50,272 nucleotides of DNA from Oligoflexales bacterium (GTDB lineage Bacteria > Bdellovibrionota_B > Oligoflexia > Oligoflexales > CAIYRB01), in the NCBI GenBank assembly GCA_041736175.1, contig JBGSUI010000134.1:1-50272 (forward strand), read 5' to 3'. Position numbers and translations under genes: made by a program. This document shows, one piece after another, positions 8,953 through 17,242 of this stretch. The notes below the pieces were generated by a model that did no database searches, was not told where the DNA came from, and saw nothing but the letters and a program-made list of their open reading frames with translations. Position 1 is the stretch's first letter; the number at the start of each line of letters is the position of its first letter.

Positions 8953-10419
8953 ATGCTGCAATTCCCACTTAAATCGCCCAAAAATTCTATTTTGATGGGC
9001 GCTTTAGCTATCATCCCGATGCTGCCTGGTTGTTTGTCTGGTACCAAAAACAACAGGTCTCCTAGCCAAAGTCCGCTTGCCCAAGTAACTCTTTACGATC
9101 CCATAGGAATTGAGTTTGATCGGTTCGAATTCAAACTGGAAGGGGAAGCGCCAGGGGGCACCCAGTTTTCTGCAACCGGCCTTAAAAAAGGCGAAGGCCA
9201 ACTGAAAGCAAGTGTCGTCCCTGGACCCTACAAAATCACCCTGGCCTATTATAAAAACAACGAAAAAACTTTCGCCTCAGATCTATGTGCCGACGGAGTC
9301 CGTAACGACCGGCAGACCTTTGCCCCTGGTCCCAATATGGTCGACCTGATGATCTGCGATAAAAAACAGAATCCCACTCCGACCAAACCACCGGAACCGC
9401 CCAAACCGGGTGAGCCCCAAAAGCCAGACCAAAGCGACGTGACCATCAAGCCGACGGTTCCTACAAAACCGAATGAGCAAAATACCTTTTCCATCAACGG
9501 AACCACCCTTATGGATCCCACGGGCAAGCCCTTTGTGATCCGAGGAGTCAACAATCCACACAACTACTGGAAGAACGAGGCCTTTAACGCGCTCCCTAAG
9601 ATCAAAGAATTTGGCTTTAACTCCGTTCGGATCGTTTGGTGTGCCGATACCCTGATCAGAAGTGGACGGTGCGACCAGAAAGACATTCATCCTGTTTCTG
9701 AGTTAGAGAGAATTCTGGAAAAAATGCGCTCACTCCAGTTGGTGGCGGTTCTCAACTTACAAAACGCTACGGGATCCAATAACCGCGATGATTTAGACAA
9801 AATGGCTGACTACCTTCTTAAACCAGAGGTCAAATCCGTTTTGATAAAGTACCAAGATATGCTGCTGATTAATATCGCCAACGAATGGTATGGCGATTGG
9901 GATAAGTCTACCAACTATATCGAAGCCTATCGCAAGGTCATCCCAGCGCTACGGGACGGTGGACTCCCCCATGTCCTCATGGTCGATGCTCGGGGATGGG
10001 GACAGGACTTTAGCAGCGTTGTCGAGCACGGCAAAGATCTCATCGGTATCGATCCTAATGTTATGGTCTCATCCCATCTTTACGATTTATATGGAACTGC
10101 TAAAGCGATCAACGACGTTTTCACTCAGGTGGAGAAGCTAAAGATTCCCTTTGTTGTGGGTGAATTCGCCTGTTCCCATGGGTCAAAAGGTGCTGTACCT
10201 TGCGTCGATATCATCAGTCAAGCAAACCGAACTAAAGCTGGCCTCTTGGCCTGGTCTTACTCTGGAAACTCCTCAGAACTGGAGGATTTGGACTTAGTGG
10301 ATGTCAAAGATTGGAAAACACCCACAAGTTTTGGTAAAAAGATTATGGCTTCCGATGGCTCCTTTATGAAAGAGTCCAAGACCGCTTGCTTCTTTAACCC
10401 CACTAAAACCTGTCCGTAA
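8953..10419 (+). CDS. Glycoside hydrolase family 5 lipoprotein (GH5_8 beta-mannanase-like) with N-terminal beta domain and Pro-rich linker
   Basis: Lipobox LPGC; RGVN, NIANEW (acid/base Glu), MVDARGWGQ, SSHLY, VGEF (nucleophile Glu), AWSYSGN. Confidence 0.9.
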   Translation: MLQFPLKSPKNSILMGALAIIPMLPGCLSGTKNNRSPSQSPLAQVTLYDPIGIEFDRFEFKLEGEAPGGTQFSATGLKKGEGQLKASVVPGPYKITLAYYKNNEKTFASDLCADGVRNDRQTFAPGPNMVDLMICDKKQNPTPTKPPEPPKPGEPQKPDQSDVTIKPTVPTKPNEQNTFSINGTTLMDPTGKPFVIRGVNNPHNYWKNEAFNALPKIKEFGFNSVRIVWCADTLIRSGRCDQKDIHPVSELERILEKMRSLQLVAVLNLQNATGSNNRDDLDKMADYLLKPEVKSVLIKYQDMLLINIANEWYGDWDKSTNYIEAYRKVIPALRDGGLPHVLMVDARGWGQDFSSVVEHGKDLIGIDPNVMVSSHLYDLYGTAKAINDVFTQVEKLKIPFVVGEFACSHGSKGAVPCVDIISQANRTKAGLLAWSYSGNSSELEDLDLVDVKDWKTPTSFGKKIMASDGSFMKESKTACFFNPTKTCP

Positions 10420-10458
10420 TTTCTTTTGATTTTAGAGCCTGGTTTTAGAATCTCAATG

Positions 10459-10500
10459 TGGGAGCCCGAAAGAATCATAGATTCTTCTTCGAGGCTCCCA
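10459..10500. terminator. Stem-loop after the GH5 gene
   Basis: TGGGAGCC...AGAATC-ATA-GATTCT...GGCTCCCA; no clear U-tract. Confidence 0.45.
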
Positions 10501-10579
10501 CGGTCATTGCTTAAATCCCCCAACATCACTATAATCGTCTGAGATTTGGATTGTTATAGTTAGGAAGGGGGGTTTTGTC

Positions 10580-11368
10580 ATGAAATACATTTGGAAAGCA
10601 ATTTTCCTCACAGCCATTTTGGCATTCTCGGGCAAAAGTTGGGGTGAAGAGTCGAAGATTTACCAAATTTTTGTAGGGAATCACCAGTTCATACACCTTA
10701 TGGTTTCCTACGATACATTGGATCTTAACGTGAGCTATATGAACAATACCAGGGATCACTTACAGTACCATCGGTCTGAGCGGAATTTTATTTGGGAAAA
10801 AGACGGGCAGACTCGGATTGTAGCGACCCAGGATCAAAACAATCAAGAGTATATCAATCTCGCCCTAAGACTTCGGGATTTTGTGGCTATGCTCACGAGC
10901 CCCTATCCTTTTGGCGATACTGACACGACACTTTCTTTGCACCCAGAGCTTAACAAAGTCATCCATGAGCTCGACCAGATCACCAGCCTTGGCGACCGAG
11001 AGCTTGCTAACTGTATTCTTTTCCCTGCCACGGGAAGATTAAAACCTCTTACCATCTCCGCCGGAGTCCACGGCTCCCTGGGAGACTACCAAGACAACAT
11101 CTCCCGTGTTTGGGTTCGACAGGGCTATGAACTCGTCTTACTGGAGGGTCCAGAATTTGAGGCAAAGGTTGAGAGATCCGTGATAGCAAAGGGCAACGGT
11201 CAATCCACAGGAAAAGGTCTGGCTGTCCTGGAGTCCCAACCCATGCCCATCCGGCTCACCGATTCCGAGACCATAAGCACCGGTGGAGGAGCGCACTTTG
11301 CTCTTTCCCGAACCTCCTTTGAAAGGCGGGTTGGGTCCATCCTTTGCCGACCAGATTTACAATATTAA
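10580..11368 (+). CDS. Secreted protein with possible C-terminal beta/gamma-crystallin-like domain
   Basis: Sec signal peptide; DNISRVWVRQGYELVLLEGPEFE and terminal RVGSILCR resemble Greek-key motifs. Confidence 0.65.
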   Translation: MKYIWKAIFLTAILAFSGKSWGEESKIYQIFVGNHQFIHLMVSYDTLDLNVSYMNNTRDHLQYHRSERNFIWEKDGQTRIVATQDQNNQEYINLALRLRDFVAMLTSPYPFGDTDTTLSLHPELNKVIHELDQITSLGDRELANCILFPATGRLKPLTISAGVHGSLGDYQDNISRVWVRQGYELVLLEGPEFEAKVERSVIAKGNGQSTGKGLAVLESQPMPIRLTDSETISTGGGAHFALSRTSFERRVGSILCRPDLQY

Positions 11369-11452
11369 ACAATTGCTCGGAATCAAACATAAATAGAAAC
11401 AACATTAGGATGAAGACGTTAACAAAAACCAGTGATCAGCGGGACTGCAAAC

Positions 11453-13069
11453 CTAGGGAACACATTTTGAGGACTGCTGATCATAATGGAGCCGATGGGC
11501 TAGAGATTGAATGATATCGTCCATAGTGGGAGCCTGTTCGATCGTGAGGCCACCTTCACAGAGTAATGTCGTCACTTTAAAGTTAGGGTCGCTAAAAACA
11601 GGATTAACAAAATTTAATTTTTCTTGTTCATTCCATTTTCTCCAGCACTTTTGTAAAAAAAGTTTTTTCCAAGTTACTTTAACACCTCTTTCATGAATCT
11701 TTTTAAGATTTTCGGTATTGAGTCTTAGATATGAATCTAAAACAACGACCCTTTTAGCTTTTGGAAAAACCCTCGCTACCTCTGCTAGATCCATTGTATC
11801 TCGATTAGAGCGAATTTCAAGATTTTCCACTGAGTCTAAGGGATCCCTAATTAGAGTTAAAATCTTTTCAGATTCAAATCCCAGTAACTCCAAATTTTTT
11901 ACCTTTTTTATATTTGCCTCAATTAAAATATCAGCTAAAAGGCGATAGTCAACCGCATTAAGATCGGCGCTGGTTTCCAAATCAAGTGAAAAATGAGTCA
12001 TATTTGGAAAAATTCTGAAAATATAATCATGGGGTAAAAATTTCAAATAACCAAATTTACCGTGAAAATTTTTGATTCTGTCACGATTGGTCTTATCTAG
12101 TTTTGTTTCAAGAAGCGTGTCAAAGGTTAATCCAACGTAATCACGGTCCCACCATCTTAGATTAAAACTTAACCCATCTATTTGTTTATAGATTGAAAGT
12201 AAATCATTAACTTTATTCAAATCATCTTCAGATTTTAAAACACCAAAATCAGTAGTTTTAAAATTCTCAAAAATATTAAATTCTCGATTTAAGGCTATGA
12301 GCCATTGATGACTTTCAGATATCTGAAATTGTGGTGAGGGATCGATTGCCCGAAGACTCGTTAGTTGATGAGCTAAAAAGCATCGAATATTTTGCCGATC
12401 TCGACCACGATTATTAACGACAAGATCTAAATCATTAATAACGATATTACGTCGTACAAAATTCTTAAATTTTTCGGGAATTCTAACTTGCGTTAACCCC
12501 AAGGATGCTTGTGCCATCGCGTCAAATGTGCTGGGATTTAATTGGGACATCCAAAGCTCAATTTGATCTAAAAGTTTATAGGTCCCTAACTCATAGCCCA
12601 CGATTTTTGCCCAGGGGACACCATTCCAAAATGGAGAAAGACCAACACCCTGGTCAGGATCAGGGTTTTGGGTGGAACTGGGCTTCGCGAGGCCAAAGGC
12701 TGCTCTTTGCAAAGCGTAAAAAATATCCCGTGGTTGTTTAAGTGTAGGTGCAACAAAACAAGGTCTTATAGTAGGAGCACTAGGTTCAAATTTTTGAGAC
12801 GTAACTTCGGCTAAAATGATTTCTTTGACGTAGGTTGGCAAATCCCCACTTTTGTCATTGCCAAAATTTTTGAAGCCAAGTGGATTTTGTTGAGCCGTGC
12901 GTAACTGGAGTGCCTTTTGACGGATTTTCAATGCCAAGGGAGATAAGGAATTAGCCTTTGTCATTGCATTAAGTTCTGAAATGTCGCTAATCTTTTGGCG
13001 CTCCGATCGTGATATGCAGCTCGAGAGGAAGGTCAGAATAATGAGTATAATTAGCTTTGTATTGATCAT
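11453..13069 (-). CDS. AT-rich hypothetical lipoprotein with degenerate leucine-rich-repeat-like C-terminal half
   Basis: Lipobox FLSSC; motifs FPNMTHFSL, VKNLELLG, VENLEIRS, FPKAKRVVV; GAGG RBS. Confidence 0.75.
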   Translation of the reverse strand: MINTKLIILIILTFLSSCISRSERQKISDISELNAMTKANSLSPLALKIRQKALQLRTAQQNPLGFKNFGNDKSGDLPTYVKEIILAEVTSQKFEPSAPTIRPCFVAPTLKQPRDIFYALQRAAFGLAKPSSTQNPDPDQGVGLSPFWNGVPWAKIVGYELGTYKLLDQIELWMSQLNPSTFDAMAQASLGLTQVRIPEKFKNFVRRNIVINDLDLVVNNRGRDRQNIRCFLAHQLTSLRAIDPSPQFQISESHQWLIALNREFNIFENFKTTDFGVLKSEDDLNKVNDLLSIYKQIDGLSFNLRWWDRDYVGLTFDTLLETKLDKTNRDRIKNFHGKFGYLKFLPHDYIFRIFPNMTHFSLDLETSADLNAVDYRLLADILIEANIKKVKNLELLGFESEKILTLIRDPLDSVENLEIRSNRDTMDLAEVARVFPKAKRVVVLDSYLRLNTENLKKIHERGVKVTWKKLFLQKCWRKWNEQEKLNFVNPVFSDPNFKVTTLLCEGGLTIEQAPTMDDIIQSLAHRLHYDQQSSKCVP

Positions 13070-13136
13070 GATAGCCTCGCAAAGGTATATTTAAAGTTAA
13101 AAACATTATCCACTATGCCTTCAATGGGCTTTTCAC

Positions 13137-13152
13137 TGCAATGTTTGTACCA
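13137..13152 (-). promoter_or_regulatory. sigma54 (-24/-12) promoter
   Basis: TGGTACAAACATTGCA, GG-N10-GC spacing, oriented toward 13069. Confidence 0.6.
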
Positions 13153-13274
13153 ACATTCTAAGGGGAACGAATTCTCCGCCAAGATTAAACTTTCAAAACT
13201 GGTTCTAAATATCGATGGCATGCCGCTACTCGTCTTAGCGAAGGTGCGAAGGAATCTGGGGACTTATAATTTGG

Positions 13275-13290
13275 TGCAAAGGCTGTGCCA
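13275..13290 (-). promoter_or_regulatory. Second sigma54 promoter
   Basis: TGGCACAGCCTTTGCA matches TGGCAC-N5-TTGCA exactly. Confidence 0.65.
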
Positions 13291-13345
13291 AGAGAGCTGC
13301 CTGCTAACGGCCTAATCTCATAAACTTGGATCGACGCAAAGGTGT

Positions 13346-14266
13346 CTATATTTTTAACATTTGTGCACGATACCGCTTGAATTCCCCAGGGAGTTCCGCC
13401 TCAAAGCGAAGATCTTTTTTGTTTATAGGATGGTGAAATCCCAAGACCCGCGCATGGAGTGCAAGGCGCCGGTAGGGCCAACTAGGATGGCATGCTAGTT
13501 GGGTTTCATACTTCTGGTCTCCAAGGATGGGATGGCCTTTTTCCGCAAAATGAACCCTAATTTGGTTGCGACGGCCCGTCTCAAGATTGACGGCCACGAG
13601 AGTGCCGTGAAGATACCGAGCTAAAACCCTGAAGTGGGTGATCGCTAGCTCGCCCGTAGGGGCAGATTTTTGATTGAGGGCCTTATCTGTTTTTAGAAAA
13701 GTGCGGATCTCCCCTTGGTCAGGCTGGAGGTTTCCCGCCACAATTCCATAGTATTCACGCTCAGGTTTATGGGCTGCAAACTGCTTGATCAGTAGATCTC
13801 CGACCCTCTGGGACCTGGCAAAGACCAACAGTCCAGAGGTTTCCTTGTCGAGTCGATGAACCACCGATAGTTTAGGTCCCCGAGACTTGCCAGCCGCCAG
13901 GTGGTGTGCGAGACGATCTACCAGAGTGTTGGTTTCCCGACGATCTGTAGGAACAGTCAACACCCCCGCCTCTTTATCTACGATGACAAGATGCTCGTCT
14001 TTGTAGAGGATTTGGAACCCGCTGGTCTTTCGTTCCGGCGACTTTTCACGGTATTTCCGCTGGGGATCAAACGTGATTTCAAGGTGATCCTTGAGTGAGA
14101 CAGGACTTCCCGGATCACGGCATTCCACTCCGTTTATCTTGATCCCTTCATGGTCCAAAAGGCCTCGCACCCGGGCGCGGGAAAAACCTAGGAGCCTAGC
14201 CAACAGCACATCCACCCTTCCACAATCGCTATCGAGTACCTGGTATTTGAGAGTTTTTAGGGCCAT
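13346..14266 (-). CDS. RluA-family (RluC/RluD-type) 23S rRNA pseudouridine synthase with S4 domain
   Basis: RVD..LA S4 motif, DKEAG, VHRLDKETSG (catalytic Asp), TGRRNQIRVH, HPILGD..Y, LHA. Confidence 0.95.
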   Translation of the reverse strand: MALKTLKYQVLDSDCGRVDVLLARLLGFSRARVRGLLDHEGIKINGVECRDPGSPVSLKDHLEITFDPQRKYREKSPERKTSGFQILYKDEHLVIVDKEAGVLTVPTDRRETNTLVDRLAHHLAAGKSRGPKLSVVHRLDKETSGLLVFARSQRVGDLLIKQFAAHKPEREYYGIVAGNLQPDQGEIRTFLKTDKALNQKSAPTGELAITHFRVLARYLHGTLVAVNLETGRRNQIRVHFAEKGHPILGDQKYETQLACHPSWPYRRLALHARVLGFHHPINKKDLRFEAELPGEFKRYRAQMLKI

Positions 14267-14312
14267 TTTAATGCGTTTTCCAAGGGTCTAGAGGAGGTCA
14301 TGTTTTTAGTCT

Positions 14313-15320
14313 TTAGGAGCAGTGAGGCTGGGCCGCCGGTCCCTCCACCCGAAAACTCTCCCGCATCGGTGGCAGCCGGCAACGTAGGAGCCTTCCCGCA
14401 GCTAAAATAGCAAGGGGGCCTCCTGTGACGCGTACCTGGAGATTGTATTCCGCACCTTTTGCGCCTAAATAGATGCGATCACTCAGGGACATACCCCAGG
14501 ATTTTTTGATGACAAGGGCTTGGGTTCCACCCTCAATTTCAATTTTTAGTTGGAGGGGATTGCTCAATCGTAGCTCGCGACCCTGAAGGCTGCCTTCGAG
14601 GGTTGTCGCCTCGGTTTTGATGGATGCCTTTTCAAAAAGAGGTGATATCCATCGAGCGGAACTCAAGTTTAGTTTGATCTTGAGCGAGTCTCCACCTCCC
14701 TTTAAGACTCTGATCTGACCAGACAATTCTCCCTGGGTCAAACGAGCGTTAAGAAACGATTCTGGGGAGGGCCACAGGGCTTTGATAAAGCGATATTCGA
14801 TATTTTTGAGGTCGATCTGGATTTCTCCAAGAAGAGTCGTCAACGCATCTAGAGATCCTCTTGCAGCTCCGTCGCTGATAACTGCGCTCCCTGTGAGGTT
14901 TTTTTTAAGGTCAAACAGGTCCCACAAGCTTGGAGTGGCGCTAAATTCTATAGTGTTTTTGGCCGTATCTCTCAGATTTTCACTGAGTCGCCCCACAAGC
15001 GATAGGTTACGACCCAGCAAGGCACCAGGAAATCCGTCGACCTGGACCCGTAGACCGAGACTGCCTAACGGGACCTGTTTGAGCGAAAAGAGTTTGATGG
15101 GCTCCAGGTCCACATCCATAAATCCAGTGGTGTTCACTTGAGGCAGTTCAACCCTCAAGCCAAGCCCGCCTAAGGCTATGTTGGCATATCTCTCAGCTGT
15201 TTGTTTGAGTTCGGGAGATTCAAGAGTTTTACGAGAGATCAAGCGTATAATCAAAGTTGGCAATCCGACTAGGCTCACCGCTAGAGCAAAAAAAAGAGCT
15301 ATTTTTTTAGAATTTCCCAT
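14313..15320 (-). CDS. Membrane-anchored beta-rich hypothetical protein (possibly GspN/AsmA-like)
   Basis: Single N-terminal hydrophobic helix, amphipathic strands, C-terminal FRVEGP..QP motif; family is a guess. Confidence 0.65.
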   Translation of the reverse strand: MGNSKKIALFFALAVSLVGLPTLIIRLISRKTLESPELKQTAERYANIALGGLGLRVELPQVNTTGFMDVDLEPIKLFSLKQVPLGSLGLRVQVDGFPGALLGRNLSLVGRLSENLRDTAKNTIEFSATPSLWDLFDLKKNLTGSAVISDGAARGSLDALTTLLGEIQIDLKNIEYRFIKALWPSPESFLNARLTQGELSGQIRVLKGGGDSLKIKLNLSSARWISPLFEKASIKTEATTLEGSLQGRELRLSNPLQLKIEIEGGTQALVIKKSWGMSLSDRIYLGAKGAEYNLQVRVTGGPLAILAAGRLLRCRLPPMRESFRVEGPAAQPHCS

Positions 15321-15425
15321 GCATTCCCACCCTTGGCTAATTTGTGATCCGCTGCTGTCATGATCTCCCTCTCAAGAGAATTTTGATAGGGCTAAGATAA
15401 CCCGTAGCTGCGGCCCTAGCCACAG

Positions 15426-15707
15426 CTAACTCGTTTTAAGGCTTTCTTGGATTTTGCCCGCATAGTAGAGAGGAAGGCTTACAATGTGGTTGTGGCGTCC
15501 TCCAGGCGATCCAATGAGTTTTACAACACAATCTGGCGCATAACGAGTGTGATAAGTTGCGAGGCTTTTGGACCTGGTGTTTTTCCCGGATTTCACTTCA
15601 AGAGGAATCGCTACAGCACCTGAACTGGGGATTAAGAATTCGATTTCAGCATCGCCTGAGGACTGCCATGAATAGGTCTTGTCGATCCCTGAGGATTTTA
15701 ATTCGAG
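15426..15707 (-). pseudogene. C-terminal remnant of an AAA+ ATPase with DUF4143/PD-(D/E)XK domain
   Basis: Minus-strand translation YSWQSSGDAEIEFLI.....IPLEVKSGKNTRSKSL..Y...Y.P....LPLYYAG; no start codon or ATPase part. Confidence 0.8.
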
Positions 15708-15772
15708 GAAGCTAAGAACCAGCCAATAATTTAATGATATCTGATTATTAAGTCAAAAATCAAGTCTTAAAC

Positions 15773-15838
15773 CAGATTTTTATGGGGGGTAATTTTCTGG
15801 TTTTACAGATTTTTATGGGGGGTAATTTTCGGGTTTTT
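15773..15838. repeat. Two tandem 33-bp direct repeats
   Basis: CAGATTTTTATGGGGGGTAATTTTC(T/G)GGTTTT at 15773 and 15806. Confidence 0.9.
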
Positions 15839-15869
15839 CCGAAAAACTCCTGTGAGCCAGCGATGAAGG

Positions 15870-16013
15870 CGGGTAGCCGGACGAAACGTAGAGAAGCTTG
15901 ATTGTAAAAGGTTCGCGGCCAAGGACCTTGGCTTTTCTCTCTTTTAAATGCCTTCTGGCTTTACCAGTTGAGCACGGCAAAAGAGGTTTGCCGTGTTTGT
16001 TCAGAACATGCAC
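15870..16013 (-). pseudogene. iscB: N-terminal PLMP/RRXRR fragment of an IscB (IS200/IS605 OMEGA) nuclease
   Basis: HVLNKHGKPLLPCSTGKARRHLKERKAKVLGREPFTIKLLYVSSGY; similarity ends before RuvC-I. Confidence 0.85.
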
Positions 16014-16028
16014 CCAATACTTAAAAAG

Positions 16029-17081
16029 TTAATTGATAAGGTAGGCTTGAGCTGATTCTTCTAATCCCATCAGAAACTCCAGATCCTGGCACACTGGTCT
16101 AAGCTGTTTCTCATCCAACCAAGCATCATTAAAAAGCCGTGACAGATATTTAGTCCCACTATCACACAAAATGCTCACGACCGTGTGCCCCGGTCCCAGT
16201 TTTTTAGCTAAAAGATAGGCTCCTATCATATTGAGGGCGCTGGACGTGCCCACACAAAGCCCCTCTTTTTCCCGTAGAAAATAGACCATTTCGACGATAG
16301 GGCGGTCCGCGACACGAAACGCAAAATCAATCGGTGCTCCTTCTAGATTTTTGGTGACCCGGTTTTGGCCAATCCCCTCGGTGATGGAGGTCCCGCCATT
16401 GAATTCCAGAGTCTTTCGCATGACCCACGACCAAATTCCTGCACCGTGGGGGTCGGCGCAGGCTGTGACAATGTTGGGATCCTCGCTCTTAAGATAGGTC
16501 GCCACCCCCGCAAGGGTTCCACCTGTACCAACGACAGAAACAAATCCATGGAGTTTCCCGGCTGTCTGCTGATAGATTTCGGGGCCAGTGGTCTTGATAT
16601 GCTGATCTCGGTTAGCAGTATTGTCGAATTGGTTTGCCCAGAAACCTCCGGGGGTTTCCTCGGCCAATCGACGGGCTATATGATTATAGTTTTGAGGATC
16701 TTTGTAGGGAGCTGGCTTTACTTTGACAACAGTTGCCCCTAAAGCTCGAAGCAGGTCAAACTTTTCTGGGGACTGGGTCTCTGGAATCACGATGGTACAT
16801 CGGTAGCCCCGGGCTTTGGCCACATGGGCCAGTCCAATTCCTGTATTTCCTGCGGATCCCTCGACGATCAGACCGCCGGGTTTGAGAAGCCCCTGTCGTT
16901 CTGCATCAAGGACGATCCCAAGGGCAGCGCGATCTTTCACCGAACTCCCTGGGTTCATAAACTCCGCTTTACCTAAAATCCGACATCCGGTCGCTTGGGA
17001 TAGGGACCTTACCTCCAACAATGGCGTCGATCCGATGGCATCACAAAACCCAGCTTTGATACCGTCCATAAACTCATCCAT
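16029..17081 (-). CDS. cysK: Cysteine synthase (PLP-dependent O-acetylserine sulfhydrylase family)
   Basis: IGSTPL, KAEFMNPGSSVKDR (PLP Lys), SAGNTG, NQFDN, GTGGT, EGIG, CDSG.KY. Confidence 0.92.
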   Translation of the reverse strand: MDEFMDGIKAGFCDAIGSTPLLEVRSLSQATGCRILGKAEFMNPGSSVKDRAALGIVLDAERQGLLKPGGLIVEGSAGNTGIGLAHVAKARGYRCTIVIPETQSPEKFDLLRALGATVVKVKPAPYKDPQNYNHIARRLAEETPGGFWANQFDNTANRDQHIKTTGPEIYQQTAGKLHGFVSVVGTGGTLAGVATYLKSEDPNIVTACADPHGAGIWSWVMRKTLEFNGGTSITEGIGQNRVTKNLEGAPIDFAFRVADRPIVEMVYFLREKEGLCVGTSSALNMIGAYLLAKKLGPGHTVVSILCDSGTKYLSRLFNDAWLDEKQLRPVCQDLEFLMGLEESAQAYLIN

Positions 17082-17242
17082 AAACTCGCTCCTGCTCCAA
17101 TGGTTTCCCTTAAGTTTATCATCAAAAGAAAATCTGCCAGCGCGAGCCGACAGAAGGTTTAAAACGCCACTACTAACTTAAAAGATTAAGTCCCCGGCCT
17201 TATACCTTCGACGACTGTCCTAGGACTCAACACCATTTTCAG

